Shown: one piece after another, positions 37,526 through 49,821 of the stretch
Layout of the letters: the number at the start of each line of letters is the position of its first letter
How positions within the stretch are numbered: the first letter of the stretch is position 1
Source of the DNA: Macrostomum hystrix
Lineage: Eukaryota; Animalia; Platyhelminthes
Reading direction: 5' to 3'
NCBI GenBank assembly: GCA_950097015.1
Contig: CATNEN010000003.1
Span: 8,494,001-8,558,000, forward strand
Length of the DNA stretch: 64,000 nt
Made by a program: the position numbers and the translations under genes
Notes under the pieces: model-generated
The model's database searches: none
The model's input: only the letters and a program-made list of their open reading frames with translations
Told to the model about the DNA's origin: nothing

Positions 37526-38538
37526 AGGTAGAGAGAACCCATCAATCACTCGGGTTGAGAATCTATCAATCACTCAGGTGGAGAACCCATCAATCACTCA
37601 GGTAGAGAACCCATCAATCACTCAGGTGGAGAACCCATCAATCACTCAGGTAGAGAACCCATCAATCACTCAGGTGGAGAACCCATCAATCACTCAGGTG
37701 GAGAACCCATCAATCACTCAGGTGGAGAACCCATCAATCACTCAGGTGTAGAACCCATCAATCACTCAGGTAGAGAACCCATCAATCAATTAGGTAGGGA
37801 ACCCATCAATCACTCAGGTGGAGAACCCATCAATCACTCAGGTGGAGAACCCATCAATCACTCAGGTGGAGAACCCATCAATCACTCAGGTGTAGAACCC
37901 ATCAATCACTCAGGTAGGGAACCCATCAATCACTCAAGTAGGGAACCCATCAATCACTCAAGTAGGGAACCCATCAATCACTCAGGTAGGGAACCCATCA
38001 ATCAATTAGGTAGGGAACCCATCAATCACTCAGGTGGAGAACCCATCAATCACTCAGGTGGAGAACCCATCAATCACTCAGGTGTAGAACCCATCAATCA
38101 CTCAGGTGTAGAACCCATCAATCACTCAGGTAGGGAACCCATCAATCAATTAGGTAGGGAACCCATCAATCACTCAAGTAGGGAACCCATCAATCAATTA
38201 GGTAGGGAACCCATCAATCACTCAGGTAGGGAACCCATCAATCACTCAGGTAGGGAACCCATCAATCACTCAGGTAGGGAACCCATCAATCACTCAGGTA
38301 GGGAACCCATCAATCACTCAGGTAGGGAACCCATCAATCACTCAGGTAGGGAACCCATCAATCAATTAGGTAGGGAACCCATCAATCACTCAGGTAGGGA
38401 ACCCATCAATCAATTAGGTAGGGAACCCATCAATCAATTAGGTAGGGAACCCATCAATCACTCAGGTGAAGAACCCATCGATCACTCAGGTGAAGAACCC
38501 ATCAATCACTCAGGTGAAGAACCCATCAATCACTCAGG
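37526..38538. repeat. 24-bp minisatellite GAACCCATCAATCACTCAGGTGGA
   Basis: About 42 tandem units. Confidence 0.95.
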
Positions 38539-38682
38539 CAAAAAATTCATCGCTGGCTTAAAGAGATATGTACAAATGAAAAATACACATTTTTCGAAGC
38601 TTCTCAAAATTAGCTTTCCAATCAAAGTCGGTTGAATGAAACAAAATGAGTTGCAATTTAAATTGGAGATCTACCCACTTCG

Positions 38683-41600
38683 TTACCAATCATTCAAGAT
38701 CATCTCAGACACCCGCTTCACCCGGACCTCCAAGTCCTTCTCCGGCAGATCAAATCTTCTAACATGCTGACCATCTAGGAGTTCTCGAAGATTCTTTGTG
38801 TAGCTCAGCAGCTCGGGTAGCACCGGTGGAAGTCGTACATTGTCGTTCACCATGAATTCAGTTTGAGGGTCAATCACTATCATTGTGATCCTGTCATTGC
38901 TGGCGTACCTGAATGGGACATTGAAGACAATCTGTGATTCTGTGATTCTGTGAATCTGTGAATCTGTGATGATTCTGTGAATATTTGATTCTGTGATTCT
39001 GTGATTCTGTGAATCTGTGATGATTCTGTGAATATTTGATTCTGTGATTCTGTGATTCTGTGAATCTGTGATGATTCTGTGAATATTTGATTCTGTGATT
39101 CTGTGATTCTGTGAATCTGTGATGATTCTGTGAATATTTGATTCTGTGATTCTGTGATTCTGTGAATCTGTGATTCTGTGATTCTGTGATTCTGTGAATC
39201 TGTGATTCTGTGATTCTGTGAATCTGTGATTCTGTGAATCTGTGAATCTGTGATTCTGTGATTCTGTGATTCTGTGAATCTGTGATTCTGTGAATCTGTG
39301 ATTCTGTGATTCTGTGATTCTGTGATTCTGTGATTCTGTGATTCTGTGATTCTGTGATTCTGTGAATCTGTGATTCTGTGATTCTGTGATTCTGTGATTC
39401 TGTGATTCTGTGAATCTGTGATTCTGTGATTCTGTGATTCTGTGATTCTGTAATTCTGTGAATCTGTGATTCTGTGATTCTGTGATTCTGTGATTCTGTG
39501 AATCTGTGATTCTGTGAATCTGTGATTCTGTGAATCTGTGATTCTGTGAATCTGTGATTCTGTGAATCTGTGATTCTGTGAATCTGTGAGTCTGTGAATC
39601 TGTGATTCTGTGAATCTGTGATTCTGTGAATCTGTGATTCTGTGAATCTGTGATTCTGTGAATCTGTGATTCTGTGAATCTGTGATTCTGTGAATCTGTG
39701 ATTCTGTGAATCTGTGAATCTGTGATTCTGTGAATCTGTGATTCTGTGAATCTGTGAATCTGTGATTCTGTGATTCTGTGAATCTGTGATTCTGTGATTC
39801 TGTGATGATTCTGTGATTCTGTGATTCTGTGATTCTGTGATTCTGTGATTCTGTGAATCTGTGATTCTGTGATTCTGTGAATCTGTGATTCTGTGATTCT
39901 GTGAATCTGTGATTCTGTGAATCTGTGATTCTGTGAATCTGTGATTCTGTGAATCTGTGATTCTGTGATTCTGTGATTCTGTGAATCTGTGATTCTGTGA
40001 ATCTGTGATTCTGTGATTCTGTGAATCTGTGATTCTGTGAATCTGTGATTCTGTGATTCTGTGAATCTGTGATTCTGTGAATCTGTGAATCTGTGATTCT
40101 GTGATTCTGTGATTCTGTGAATCTGTGAATCTGTGAATCTGTGATTCTGTGATTCTGTGAATCTGTGAATCTTTGATTCTGTGATTCTGTGAATCTGTGA
40201 ATCTGTGAATCTGTGAATGAACTCACTCATTCAGCAGCTCTTGAACCTCAGTCTCCGCTAGCATCCTCTCCTTCAGGTGCGGCAGGTAAGTGACAATGTA
40301 GCAGACGGCGTCAACTCCGGATCTGTCGTAGAGTTTCACCGATCGCCTAACAGATTTTCGAATCCGATCGTGCTTAGCCATTTCCAAGTATCGACGGACC
40401 AGTTTTAGCTGTGGGTTGGTTAGTTCACTGTTCATACTCTTCTACTTGCTAACTCACTTACTCAGTCACTCAGTCACTCACTCACTTACTCAGTCACTCC
40501 CTGACTTTCTCAGTCACTCACTCGCTCAGTCACTCACTCACTTACTCACTCACTCACTCACTCACTTACTCACTCGCTCGCTCACTCACTCACTCACTCA
40601 CTCACTTACTCACTCACTCACTCACTCACTCAATCACTCACTCACTCACTCGCTCGCTCACTCACTCACTCACTCGCTCACTCACTCACTCACTCACTCA
40701 CTCACTCACTCACTCAATCACTCACTCACTCAATCACTCACTTACTCACTCACTCACTCACTCACTCAATCACTCACTCACTCACTCGCTTACTCACTCA
40801 CTCACTCACTCACTCACTCACTCACTCACTCAATCACTCACTCACTCACTCACTCACTCGCTCGCTCACTCACTCACTCACTCGCTCACTCACTCACTCA
40901 CTCACTCACTCACTCACTCACTCAATCACTCACTCACTCAATCACTCACTTACTCACTCACTCACTCACTCACTCAATCACTAACTCACTCACTCACTCA
41001 ATCACTCACTCACTCAATCACTCACTTACTCACTCAATCACTCACTTACTCACTCAATCACTCACTTACTCACTCAATCACTCACTCACTCAATCACTCA
41101 CTCACTCACTCACTCAATCACTCACTCACTCAATCACTCACTCACTCACTCACTCACTCACTCACTCACTCACTCAATCACTCACTTACTCACTCACTCA
41201 CTCACTCACTCACTCACTCACTCACTCACTCGCTCACTCACTCACTCACTCACTCACTCACTCACTCACTCACTCACTCACTCACTCACTCACTCACTCA
41301 ATCACTCACTCACTCACTCACTCACTCACTCACTTACTCACTCACTCACTCACTCACTCACTCACTCACTCACTCACTCGCTCGCTCACTCACTCACTCA
41401 CTCGCTCACTCACTCACTCACTCACTCACTAACTCACTCACTCACTCACTCACTCACTCACTCACTCACTCACTCACTCACTCACTCACTCACTCACTCA
41501 CTCACTTACTCACTAACTCACTCACTCACTCACCCACTCACTTACTCACTCACTCACTCACTCAGTCACTCACTCACTTACTCACTAACTCACTCACTCA

Positions 41601-42129
41601 CTCACTCACCCACTCACTCACTCACTCACTCACTCACTCAATCACTCACTCACTCAATCACTCACTCACTCACTCACTCACTCACTCACTCAATCACTCA
41701 CTCACTCACTCGCTTACTCACTCACTCACTCACTCACTCACTCACTAACATACTCACTCGCTCGCTCACTCACTCACTCACTCGCTCACTCACTCACTCG
41801 CTCACTCACTCACTCACTCACTCACTCACTTACTCACTCACTCACTCACTCACTCACTCACTTACTCACTCACTCACTCACTCACTCACTTACTCACTCA
41901 CTCACTCACTCACTCACTCACTCACATTAAACTGATAAAACTCCTCCTGATGATTGTGGTAGTCCTGAAACACCACGAATTCGACGCCATCCTCCTTGAT
42001 CAGATTTCTCGCCACTTCTTCGACCACTTCAATCGAGCCGTCAAGTTTTAGGAGTTCAGGCAACAGTCTGAGCCGACTGATCAATGTTGTCTTGCCGGCA
42101 CTTTGAGCACCACAAATGTAGTGTTGCAT
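38683..42129 (-). CDS. AAA_28 / NadR-Ttd14-like P-loop NTPase (nucleoside-kinase-like), 3 exons, 203 aa
   Basis: Exons 42129-41926, 40408-40227 and 38908-38683 (612 nt, in frame). Walker A GAQSAGKTT, EEVAR, YDRSGVD, DNVR, DLEVRV. Confidence 0.8.
38930..40217. repeat. 8-bp satellite TCTGTGAW filling NTPase intron 2
   Basis: Tandem units; the sense strand reads WTCACAGA. Confidence 0.97.
40450..41925. repeat. (ACTC)n tetranucleotide array filling NTPase intron 1
   Basis: The sense strand is (GAGT)n and begins exactly at the donor GTGAGT. Confidence 0.97.
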
Positions 42130-42584
42130 TCTCTGCTTACAAAAGGAACTTCAAAGCATTAGAAGCTTCAAAGCTTCAAATTCCTAGAAACTCTGCGCAT
42201 ATTATAAGCTCGAATGATAAAATAGAAACTAACTATAGAAATGATGCATTCTTTCTTGCTTGGATTCGTACGAGTACAATGCTTCTGTTTTGCCAGATGT
42301 ACATAAATTTACACTCGTAGTACAATTTGCATGAAAAAGACGCCTGGTGTACTATTGAAATGACAGTCTATTGTATTGTGTACATTGGCACAAGAGAACT
42401 AAATGAGTACTTATAAGAACATGAGCTGCTCACCAATATAAAAGTGTACATTTAGCACCGTGTTGTTGCTAGAGAAATGGGACTGCTATTTTCTTGGAAA
42501 CTATTCTGCTAAGCGGCTAAGTACACTATTTTTACATTCTTTTATTGGCAAAAATCAAGTCCCACATTCAATGCCGCTTCATTA

Positions 42585-44341
42585 ACCAATCCTGCTCTAT
42601 TCCATTCACAATCATGTTCTATTCCGTTCACAATCATGTTCTATTCCATTCACAATCATGTTCTATTCCGTTCACCAATCATGTTCTATCCCATTCACAA
42701 TCATGTTCTATTCCATTCACCATCATGTTCTATTCTATTCACAATCATGTTCTATTCCATTCACAATCATGTTCTATCCCATTCACAATCATGTTCTATT
42801 CTATTCACAATCATGTTCTATTCCATTCACAATCATGTTCTATCCCATTCACAATCATGTTCTATTCTATTCACAATCATGTTCTATTCCATTCACAATC
42901 ATTTTCTATTCCATTCACAATCATGTTCTATTCCATTCACAATCATGTTCTATTCTATTCACAATCATGTTCTATTCCATTCACAATCATTTTCTATTCC
43001 ATTCACAATCATGTTCTATTCCATTCACAATCATGTTCTATTCCATTCACAATCATGTTCTATTCCATTCACAATCATGTTCTATTCCATTCACCATCAT
43101 GTTTTATTCCATTCACCATCATGTTCTATTCCATTCACCATCATGTTCTATTCCATTCACAATCATGTTCTATTCCGTTCACCAATCATGTTCTATCCCA
43201 TTCACAATCATGTTCTATTCATTTCACAATCATGTTCTATTCCGTTCACAATCATGTTCTATTCCATTCACCATCATGTTCTATTCCATTCACCATCATG
43301 TTCTATTCCATTCACCATCATGTTATATTCCATTCACCATCATGTTCTATTCTATTCAGAATCATGTTCTATTCCGTTCACCAATCCTGTTCTATTCCGT
43401 TCACCAATCCTGTTCTAGCTATTCCGTTCACCAATCCTGTTCTATTCCGTTCACCAATCCTGTTCTATTCCGTTCACCAATCCTGTTCTATTCCGTTCAC
43501 CAATCCTGTTCTAGCTATTCCGTTCACCAATCCTGTTCTAGCTATTCCGTTCACCAATCCTGTTCTAGCTATTCCGTTCACCAATCCTGTTCTATTCCGT
43601 TCACCAATCCTGTTCTAGCTATTCCGTTCACCAATCCTGTTCTAGCTATTCCGTTCACCAATCCTGTTCTATTCCGTTCACCAATCCTGTTCTATTCCGT
43701 TCACCAATCCTGTTCTATTCCGTTCACCAATCCTGTTCTATTCCGTTCACCAATCCTGTTCTATTCCATTCACCAATCCTGTTCTAGCTATTCCGTTCAC
43801 CAATCCTGTTCTAGCTATTCCATTCACCAATCCTGTTCTAGCTATTCCGTTCACCAATCCTGTTCTAGCTATTCCATTCACCAATCCTGTTCTAGCTATT
43901 CCGTTCACCAATCCTGTTCTAGCTATTCCGTTCACCAATCCTGTTCTATTCCGTTCACCAATCCTGTTCTATTCCGTTCACCAATCCTGTTCTAGCTATT
44001 CCGTTCACCAATCCTGTTCTAGCTATTCCGTTCACCAATCCTGTTCTATTCCGTTCACCAATCCTGTTCTAGCTATTCCGTTCACCAATCCTGTTCTAGC
44101 TATTCCGTTCACCAATCCTGTTCTATTCCGTTCACCAATCCTGTTCTATTCCGTTCACCAATCCTGTTCTATTCCGTTCACCAATCCTGTTCTATTCCGT
44201 TCACCAATCCTGTTCTAGCTATTCCGTTCACCAATCCTGTTCTAGCTATTCCGTTCACCAATCCTGTTCTATTCCATTCACCAATCCTGTTCTATTCCAT
44301 TCACCAATCCTGTTCTATTCCGTTCACCAATCCTGTTCTAT
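42585..44341. repeat. 22-27-bp minisatellite grading from TCACAATCATGTTCTATTCCAT to TCACCAATCCTGTTCT(AGCT)ATTCCGT
   Basis: Tandem units read directly from the sequence. Confidence 0.95.
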
Positions 44342-44632
44342 CTTATTCCCCGGATTCAGTTTTGCTGTTTATCCTGTGCTAAAAATAGTTTTTACTTTAA
44401 CTTGGAACTTCATAGGATTATTCGGAGGATAGTTGACACATGGCCGAAAGTACTGGTACTATGATTTCAGCAATCTTTTATATTCTGTGCTAAAATTAGT
44501 CAGTTCGATATATAAACTGCAGCAAAAATACACAAATATTTTTGCTGCAATTTTTTTAAACAAATGACAATGTAAAATGTATCAAATCCAATATATATAT
44601 AACAGTTCTGAGAACATAAACTACATCATAAC

Positions 44633-44873
44633 TGTAACATACTAAAAGTGGGGAACGAACCTCGCGCTGGCAGACCGAGACCGGTTTCTGGCTTGTTTGC
44701 CTTCGTCAGTCAGCCATAGCCACACGCAGTCCTCTCCCACCACTCTCAGTGTGCACAGAAGTCTCTTTTAACCTTGCCATTTTTTGGCGATACTTTTTAG
44801 TGTTATGTGAGAGTTTTGCAGCCAAGTCTTTGCTTTTCTACTGTTGTCAGTAGTCTGAATTGTATCTCTCACA
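44633..44873 (-). mobile_element. Solo-LTR-like element, copy 2, with an intact hammerhead ribozyme
   Basis: 241 bp, TGT...ACA termini, perfect 5-bp TSD ATAAC at 44628-44632 and 44874-44878. Confidence 0.85.
44673..44715 (-). ncRNA. Minimal type I hammerhead ribozyme (predicted)
   Basis: GGCUGA-CUGACGA-A-GGC AAACAA GCC-A-GAAAC-CG-GUC^-UCGGUC. Stem I is 6 bp (two G-U), the core CUGANGA/GAAA is present, stem III is the palindrome ACCGGU, and the cleavage triplet is GUC. Confidence 0.7.
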
Positions 44874-45087
44874 ATAACTTTGATAATTGAGAAAATAAAC
44901 AAAAAATAAAAAGCGAATTCACGAGGTCGATAGTCTTTCTAAAATCGCTTTTGATTTCCTGATATGACTACTGCCGATCGGACAGTAGTAAGTATAGATT
45001 AAGACAGGAAGATCTGTAATTCATTATATCATTTGTATGTCTAGTAGCATATATATATATACATACTAAAATAAGGATGTGTCTTTG

Positions 45088-45140
45088 GGACTTTCTCATT
45101 GTAAGGCAGCGTACACTTTCTGTCCCTCAAGGGCGAAAAC
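45088..45140 (-). mobile_element. Deleted fragment of SINE family A
   Basis: GACTTTCTCAT.GT.AGGCAGCGTACACT...CCCTCAAGGGCG matches 33223-33290. Confidence 0.65.
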
Positions 45141-45142
45141 AC

Positions 45143-48100
45143 TCCCTATACTACTATTCTCGCACCCTTCACTCCCTATTCTCACACCCTTCACTACCTA
45201 TTCTCACACCCTTCACTACCTATTCTCGCACCCTTCACTCCCTATTCTCGCACCCTTCACTCCCTATTCTCACACCCTTCACTACCTATTCTCACACCCT
45301 TCACTACCTATTCTCACACCCTTCACTACCTATTCTCGAACCCTTCACTCCCTATTCTCACACCCTTCACTCCCTATTCTCACACCCTTCACTTCCTATT
45401 CTCACACCCTTCACTACCTATTCTCAAACCCTTCACTACCTATTCTCACACCCTTCACTACCTATTCTCAAACCCTTCACTCCCTATTCTCACACCCTTC
45501 ACTACCTATTCTCACACCCTTCACTCCCTATTCTCACACCCTTCACTACCTATTCTCACACCCTTCACTCCCTATTCTCACACCCTTCACTTCCTATTCT
45601 CACACCCTTCACTACCTATTCTCAAACCCTTCACTACCTATTCTCACACCCTTCACTACCTATTCTCAAACCCTTCACTCCCTATTCTCACACCCTTCAC
45701 TACCTATTCTCACACCCTTCACTCCCTATTCTCACACCCTTCACTTCCTATTCTCACACCCTTCACTACCGGCCTATTCTCACACTCACTTCACTACCTA
45801 TTCTCACACCCTTCACTACCGGCCTATTCTCACACCATTCACTCCCTATTCTCACACCATTTACTCCCTATTCTCACACCATTCACTCCCTATTCTCACA
45901 CCCTTCACTCCCTATTCTCGCACCCTTCACTCCCTATTCTCACACCCTTCACTACCTATTCTCACACCCTTCACTACCTATTCTCACACCCTTCACTACC
46001 TATTCTCACACCCTTCACTCCCTATTCTCACACCCTTCACTCCCTATTCTCACACCCTTCACTTCCTATTCTCACACCCTTCACTATCGGGCTATTCTCA
46101 CACTCACTTCACTACCTATTCTCACACACTTCACTCCCTATTCTCACACCATTCACTATAGGGCTATTCTCACACTCACTTCACTACCTATTCTCACACC
46201 CTTCACTACCGACCTATTCTCACACCCTTCACTACCGGCCTATTCTCACACTCACTTCACTACCTATTCTCACACCCTTCACTACCGGCCTATTCTCACA
46301 CTCACTTCACTACCTATTCTCTCACCCTTCACTACCGGCCTATTCTCACACTCACTTCACTACCTATTCTCACACCCTTCACTACCGGCCTATTCTCACA
46401 CCATTCACTCCCTATTCTCACACCATTTACTCCCTATTCTCACACCATTCACTCCCAATTCTCACACCCTTCACTACCTATTCTCACACCCTTCACTACC
46501 TTTTCTCACACCCTTCACTACCTATTCTCACACCCTTCACTCCCTATTCTCACACCCTTCACTTCCTATTCTCACACCCTTCACTATCGGGCTATTCTCA
46601 CACTCACTTCACTACCTATTCTCACACACTTCACTCCCTATTCTCACACCATTCACTATAGGGCTATTCTCACACTCACTTCACTACCTATTCTCACACC
46701 CTTCACTACCGACCTATTCTCACACCCTTCACTACCGGCCTATTCTCACACTCACTTCACTACCTATTCTCACACCCTTCACTACCGGCCTATTCTCACA
46801 CTCACTTCACTACCTATTCTCTCACCCTTCACTACCGGCCTATTCTCACACTCACTTCACTACCTATTCTCACACCCTTCACTACCGGCCTATTCTCACA
46901 CCATTCACTCCCTATTCTCACACCATTTACTCCCTATTCTCACACCATTCACTCCCTATTCTCACACCCTTCACTCCCTATTCTCACACCCTTCACTACC
47001 TATTCTCACACCCTTCACTACCTATTCTCACACCCTTCACTCCCTATTCTCACACCATTCACTCCCTATTCTCACACCATTTACTCCCTATTCTCACACC
47101 ATTCACTCCCTATTCTCACACCCTTCACTACCTATTCTCACACCCTTCACTACCTATTCTCACACCCTTCACTACCTATTCTCACACCCTTCACTCCCTA
47201 TTCTCACACCCTTCACTCCCTATTCTCACACCCTTCACTTCCTATTCTCACACCCTTCACTATCGGGCTATTCTCACACTCACTTCACTACCTATTCTCA
47301 CACACTTCACTCCCTATTCTCACACCATTCACTATAGGGCTATTCTCACACTCACTTCACTACCTATTCTCACACCCTTCACTACCGACCTATTCTCACA
47401 CCCTTCACTACCGGCCTATTCTCACACTCACTTCACTACCTATTCTCACACCCTTCACTACCGGCCTATTCTCACACTCACTTCACTACCTATTCTCTCA
47501 CCCTTCACTACCGGCCTATTCTCACACTCACTTCACTACCTATTCTCACACCCTTCACTACCGGCCTATTCTCACACCATTCACTCCCTATTCTCACACC
47601 ATTTACTCCCTATTCTCACACCATTCACTCCCTATTCTCACACCCTTCACTACCTATTCTCACACCCTTCACTACCTTTTCTCACACCCTTCACTACCTA
47701 TTCTCACACCCTTCACTCCCTATTCTCACACCCTTCACTTCCTATTCTCACACCCTTCACTATCGGGCTATTCTCACACTCACTTCACTACCTATTCTCA
47801 CACACTTCACTCCCTATTCTCACACCATTCACTATAGGGCTATTCTCACACTCACTTCACTACCTATTCTCACACCCTTCACTACCGACCTATTCTCACA
47901 CCCTTCACTACCGGCCTATTCTCACACTCACTTCACTACCTATTCTCACACCCTTCACTACCGGCCTATTCTCACACTCACTTCACTACCTATTCTCTCA
48001 CCCTTCACTACCGGCCTATTCTCACACTCACTTCACTACCTATTCTCACACCCTTCACTACCGGCCTATTCTCACACCATTCACTCCCTATTCTCACACC

Positions 48101-48295
48101 ATTTACTCCCTATTCTCACACCATTCACTCCCTATTCTCACACCCTTCACTACCTATTCTCACACCCTTCACTACCTTTTCTCACACCCTTCACTACCTA
48201 TTCTCACACCCTTCACTCCCTATTCTCACACCCTTCACTACCTATTCTCACACCATCACTTCCTGTTCTCTCACCATTCACTCCGTTCTCTCACA
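45143..48295. repeat. 3.1-kb 22-bp minisatellite CTATTCTCACACCCTTCACTAC with higher-order blocks
   Basis: Tandem units; the rare variant TATCGGG recurs at 46085, 46585, 47261 and 47761. Confidence 0.97.
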
Positions 48296-48492
48296 TTTTA
48301 CTCCCTATTCTTACAAATTATCAATTATGTTTGTAAATACTTAAATTTGCTTTTACTTTCCGCAACTCTATTGAAACCCTTTTAACTACGTAAATTGAGT
48401 TTAAATACTTGATGCTCGAGTTAGTTTTACTAGTACGAGGGTAGAAGTACGGAGCGCATCACAACAATAATAGTGTAAAATAATTACGAGTA

Positions 48493-49260
48493 CCGGGTGG
48501 CCCATGCGTTTAAGGACAACTTAAAAATAATAAAATGTATATACATTTTTATTATAAAAACAACCAACAAACGAAAACTTTAACATTTTAACTGACCGCC
48601 ATAATGTCTAGATGGCAACTAAAAATAACATTTACTCAGTGTAGCCCCCCTCCGCTGCATACACGGCTTCAATGCGAGACCGAAACTTGGTACAGGCACC
48701 TCTGATGACGGCAGGGCCCTGAGCTGACCAGGCAGCACTAACAGCAACTTGGAGAGTCTCCACGGTAGCATAAGTTGTTAAACATGCAACGCGGGCCACG
48801 TTGTTCCACACAAAGTAATCGAGAGGGGAACAGTCTGGACTCGATGGTGGCCAAGTGGTCGCATCCCAGAAGTCCTCGCCGAGCTCCCGGCGAAGAAATT
48901 CTTGAGTAGCGACAGCCGTGTGGGCAGGAGCGCCGTCCTGCTGAAAAACAAACGTACCTGGGGCAAAGTTGTGTCGAATCCATGGCAGTACATGATCCTG
49001 CAGCATGCGGATGTACTCGGCTGAGTTAATTTTCACTCCAGCTGGTACCTGTGCTGGGCTTATACCCCGCGCGAGCTGGTCTACCACCATCAAACGTTTA
49101 GCGCGATTCATGGCTAATGCTAAGTTGCCGAAAATTTTCGCGGCAGCTACAGACTATATAGATACTATTTTGTCTATGACCAAAACTATTATGCTCTAGC
49201 TACCGCTGGCTTTGCTTTCTTCTATTTTTAAGGTTGTCCTTAAACGCATGGGCCACCCGG
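48493..49260 (-). mobile_element. Internally deleted Tc1/mariner (maT-like) DNA transposon
   Basis: 28-bp perfect TIRs CCGGGTGGCCCATGCGTTTAAGGACAAC, TA TSD, and ORF 48632-49111 with QQDGAPAH and WPPSSPDCSPLDYFVW. Confidence 0.93.
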
Positions 49261-49821
49261 TACCGGTATAAACAGCTGTCAATCTGTCAATTTGGCAGAT
49301 TTAAGGACTGATTCGCAATAAAACTAGCTAATTAATAGATAAAGCTAAATGAGGTTTTCTACCGCGATAACAGTTCTGCTTACACCAGCCCTGATTTCGA
49401 AAGGCACATTTGACAACTGTTATGGTCTCACATGAAAAAAACCTTACATGAGACCAATTCAGGCATTAATATTGCAAGAAATTGGCATGAGGAAATGCTA
49501 ATAATCGGGACAGTTTGTTGTGTTGGCCCGCATTTCTGACGGACGCGCCAGTCAAAGTCGCTTTCCAGATGTTTCTATTTAGGCTCTTGTATCGATTTTT
49601 GAGCTCTTATACGACTTATAGGGTCCGTTTGGAATATTTTTTGTGAACAGCCAAATAAACTCCTACACTCCTCATTGCTGGCACAGGGACTTCTATAAAT
49701 AGCAATCAATGCTAATATTCTAGGAGTCCATGGCTGGCATTAATCCTGAAGGCCCAGCTTTTTTAAGGCAATCTATAACTAATAAGTTTCATAACGAAGA
49801 AAACAATGGGAAAAAAGCATT

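Noticed and set aside
37526-38538. Regular repeats as a possible CRISPR array
   Set aside because: Head-to-tail units without unique spacers, no cas genes, eukaryotic context.
36048-44000. Other long low-complexity ORFs (383, 515, 448, 338, 357, 445 aa)
   Set aside because: All are repeat translations; only the non-repeat end of 38683-40230 is a real exon.
45077-48385. 1102-aa ORF
   Set aside because: A 22-bp repeat lacking stop codons; no domain content.
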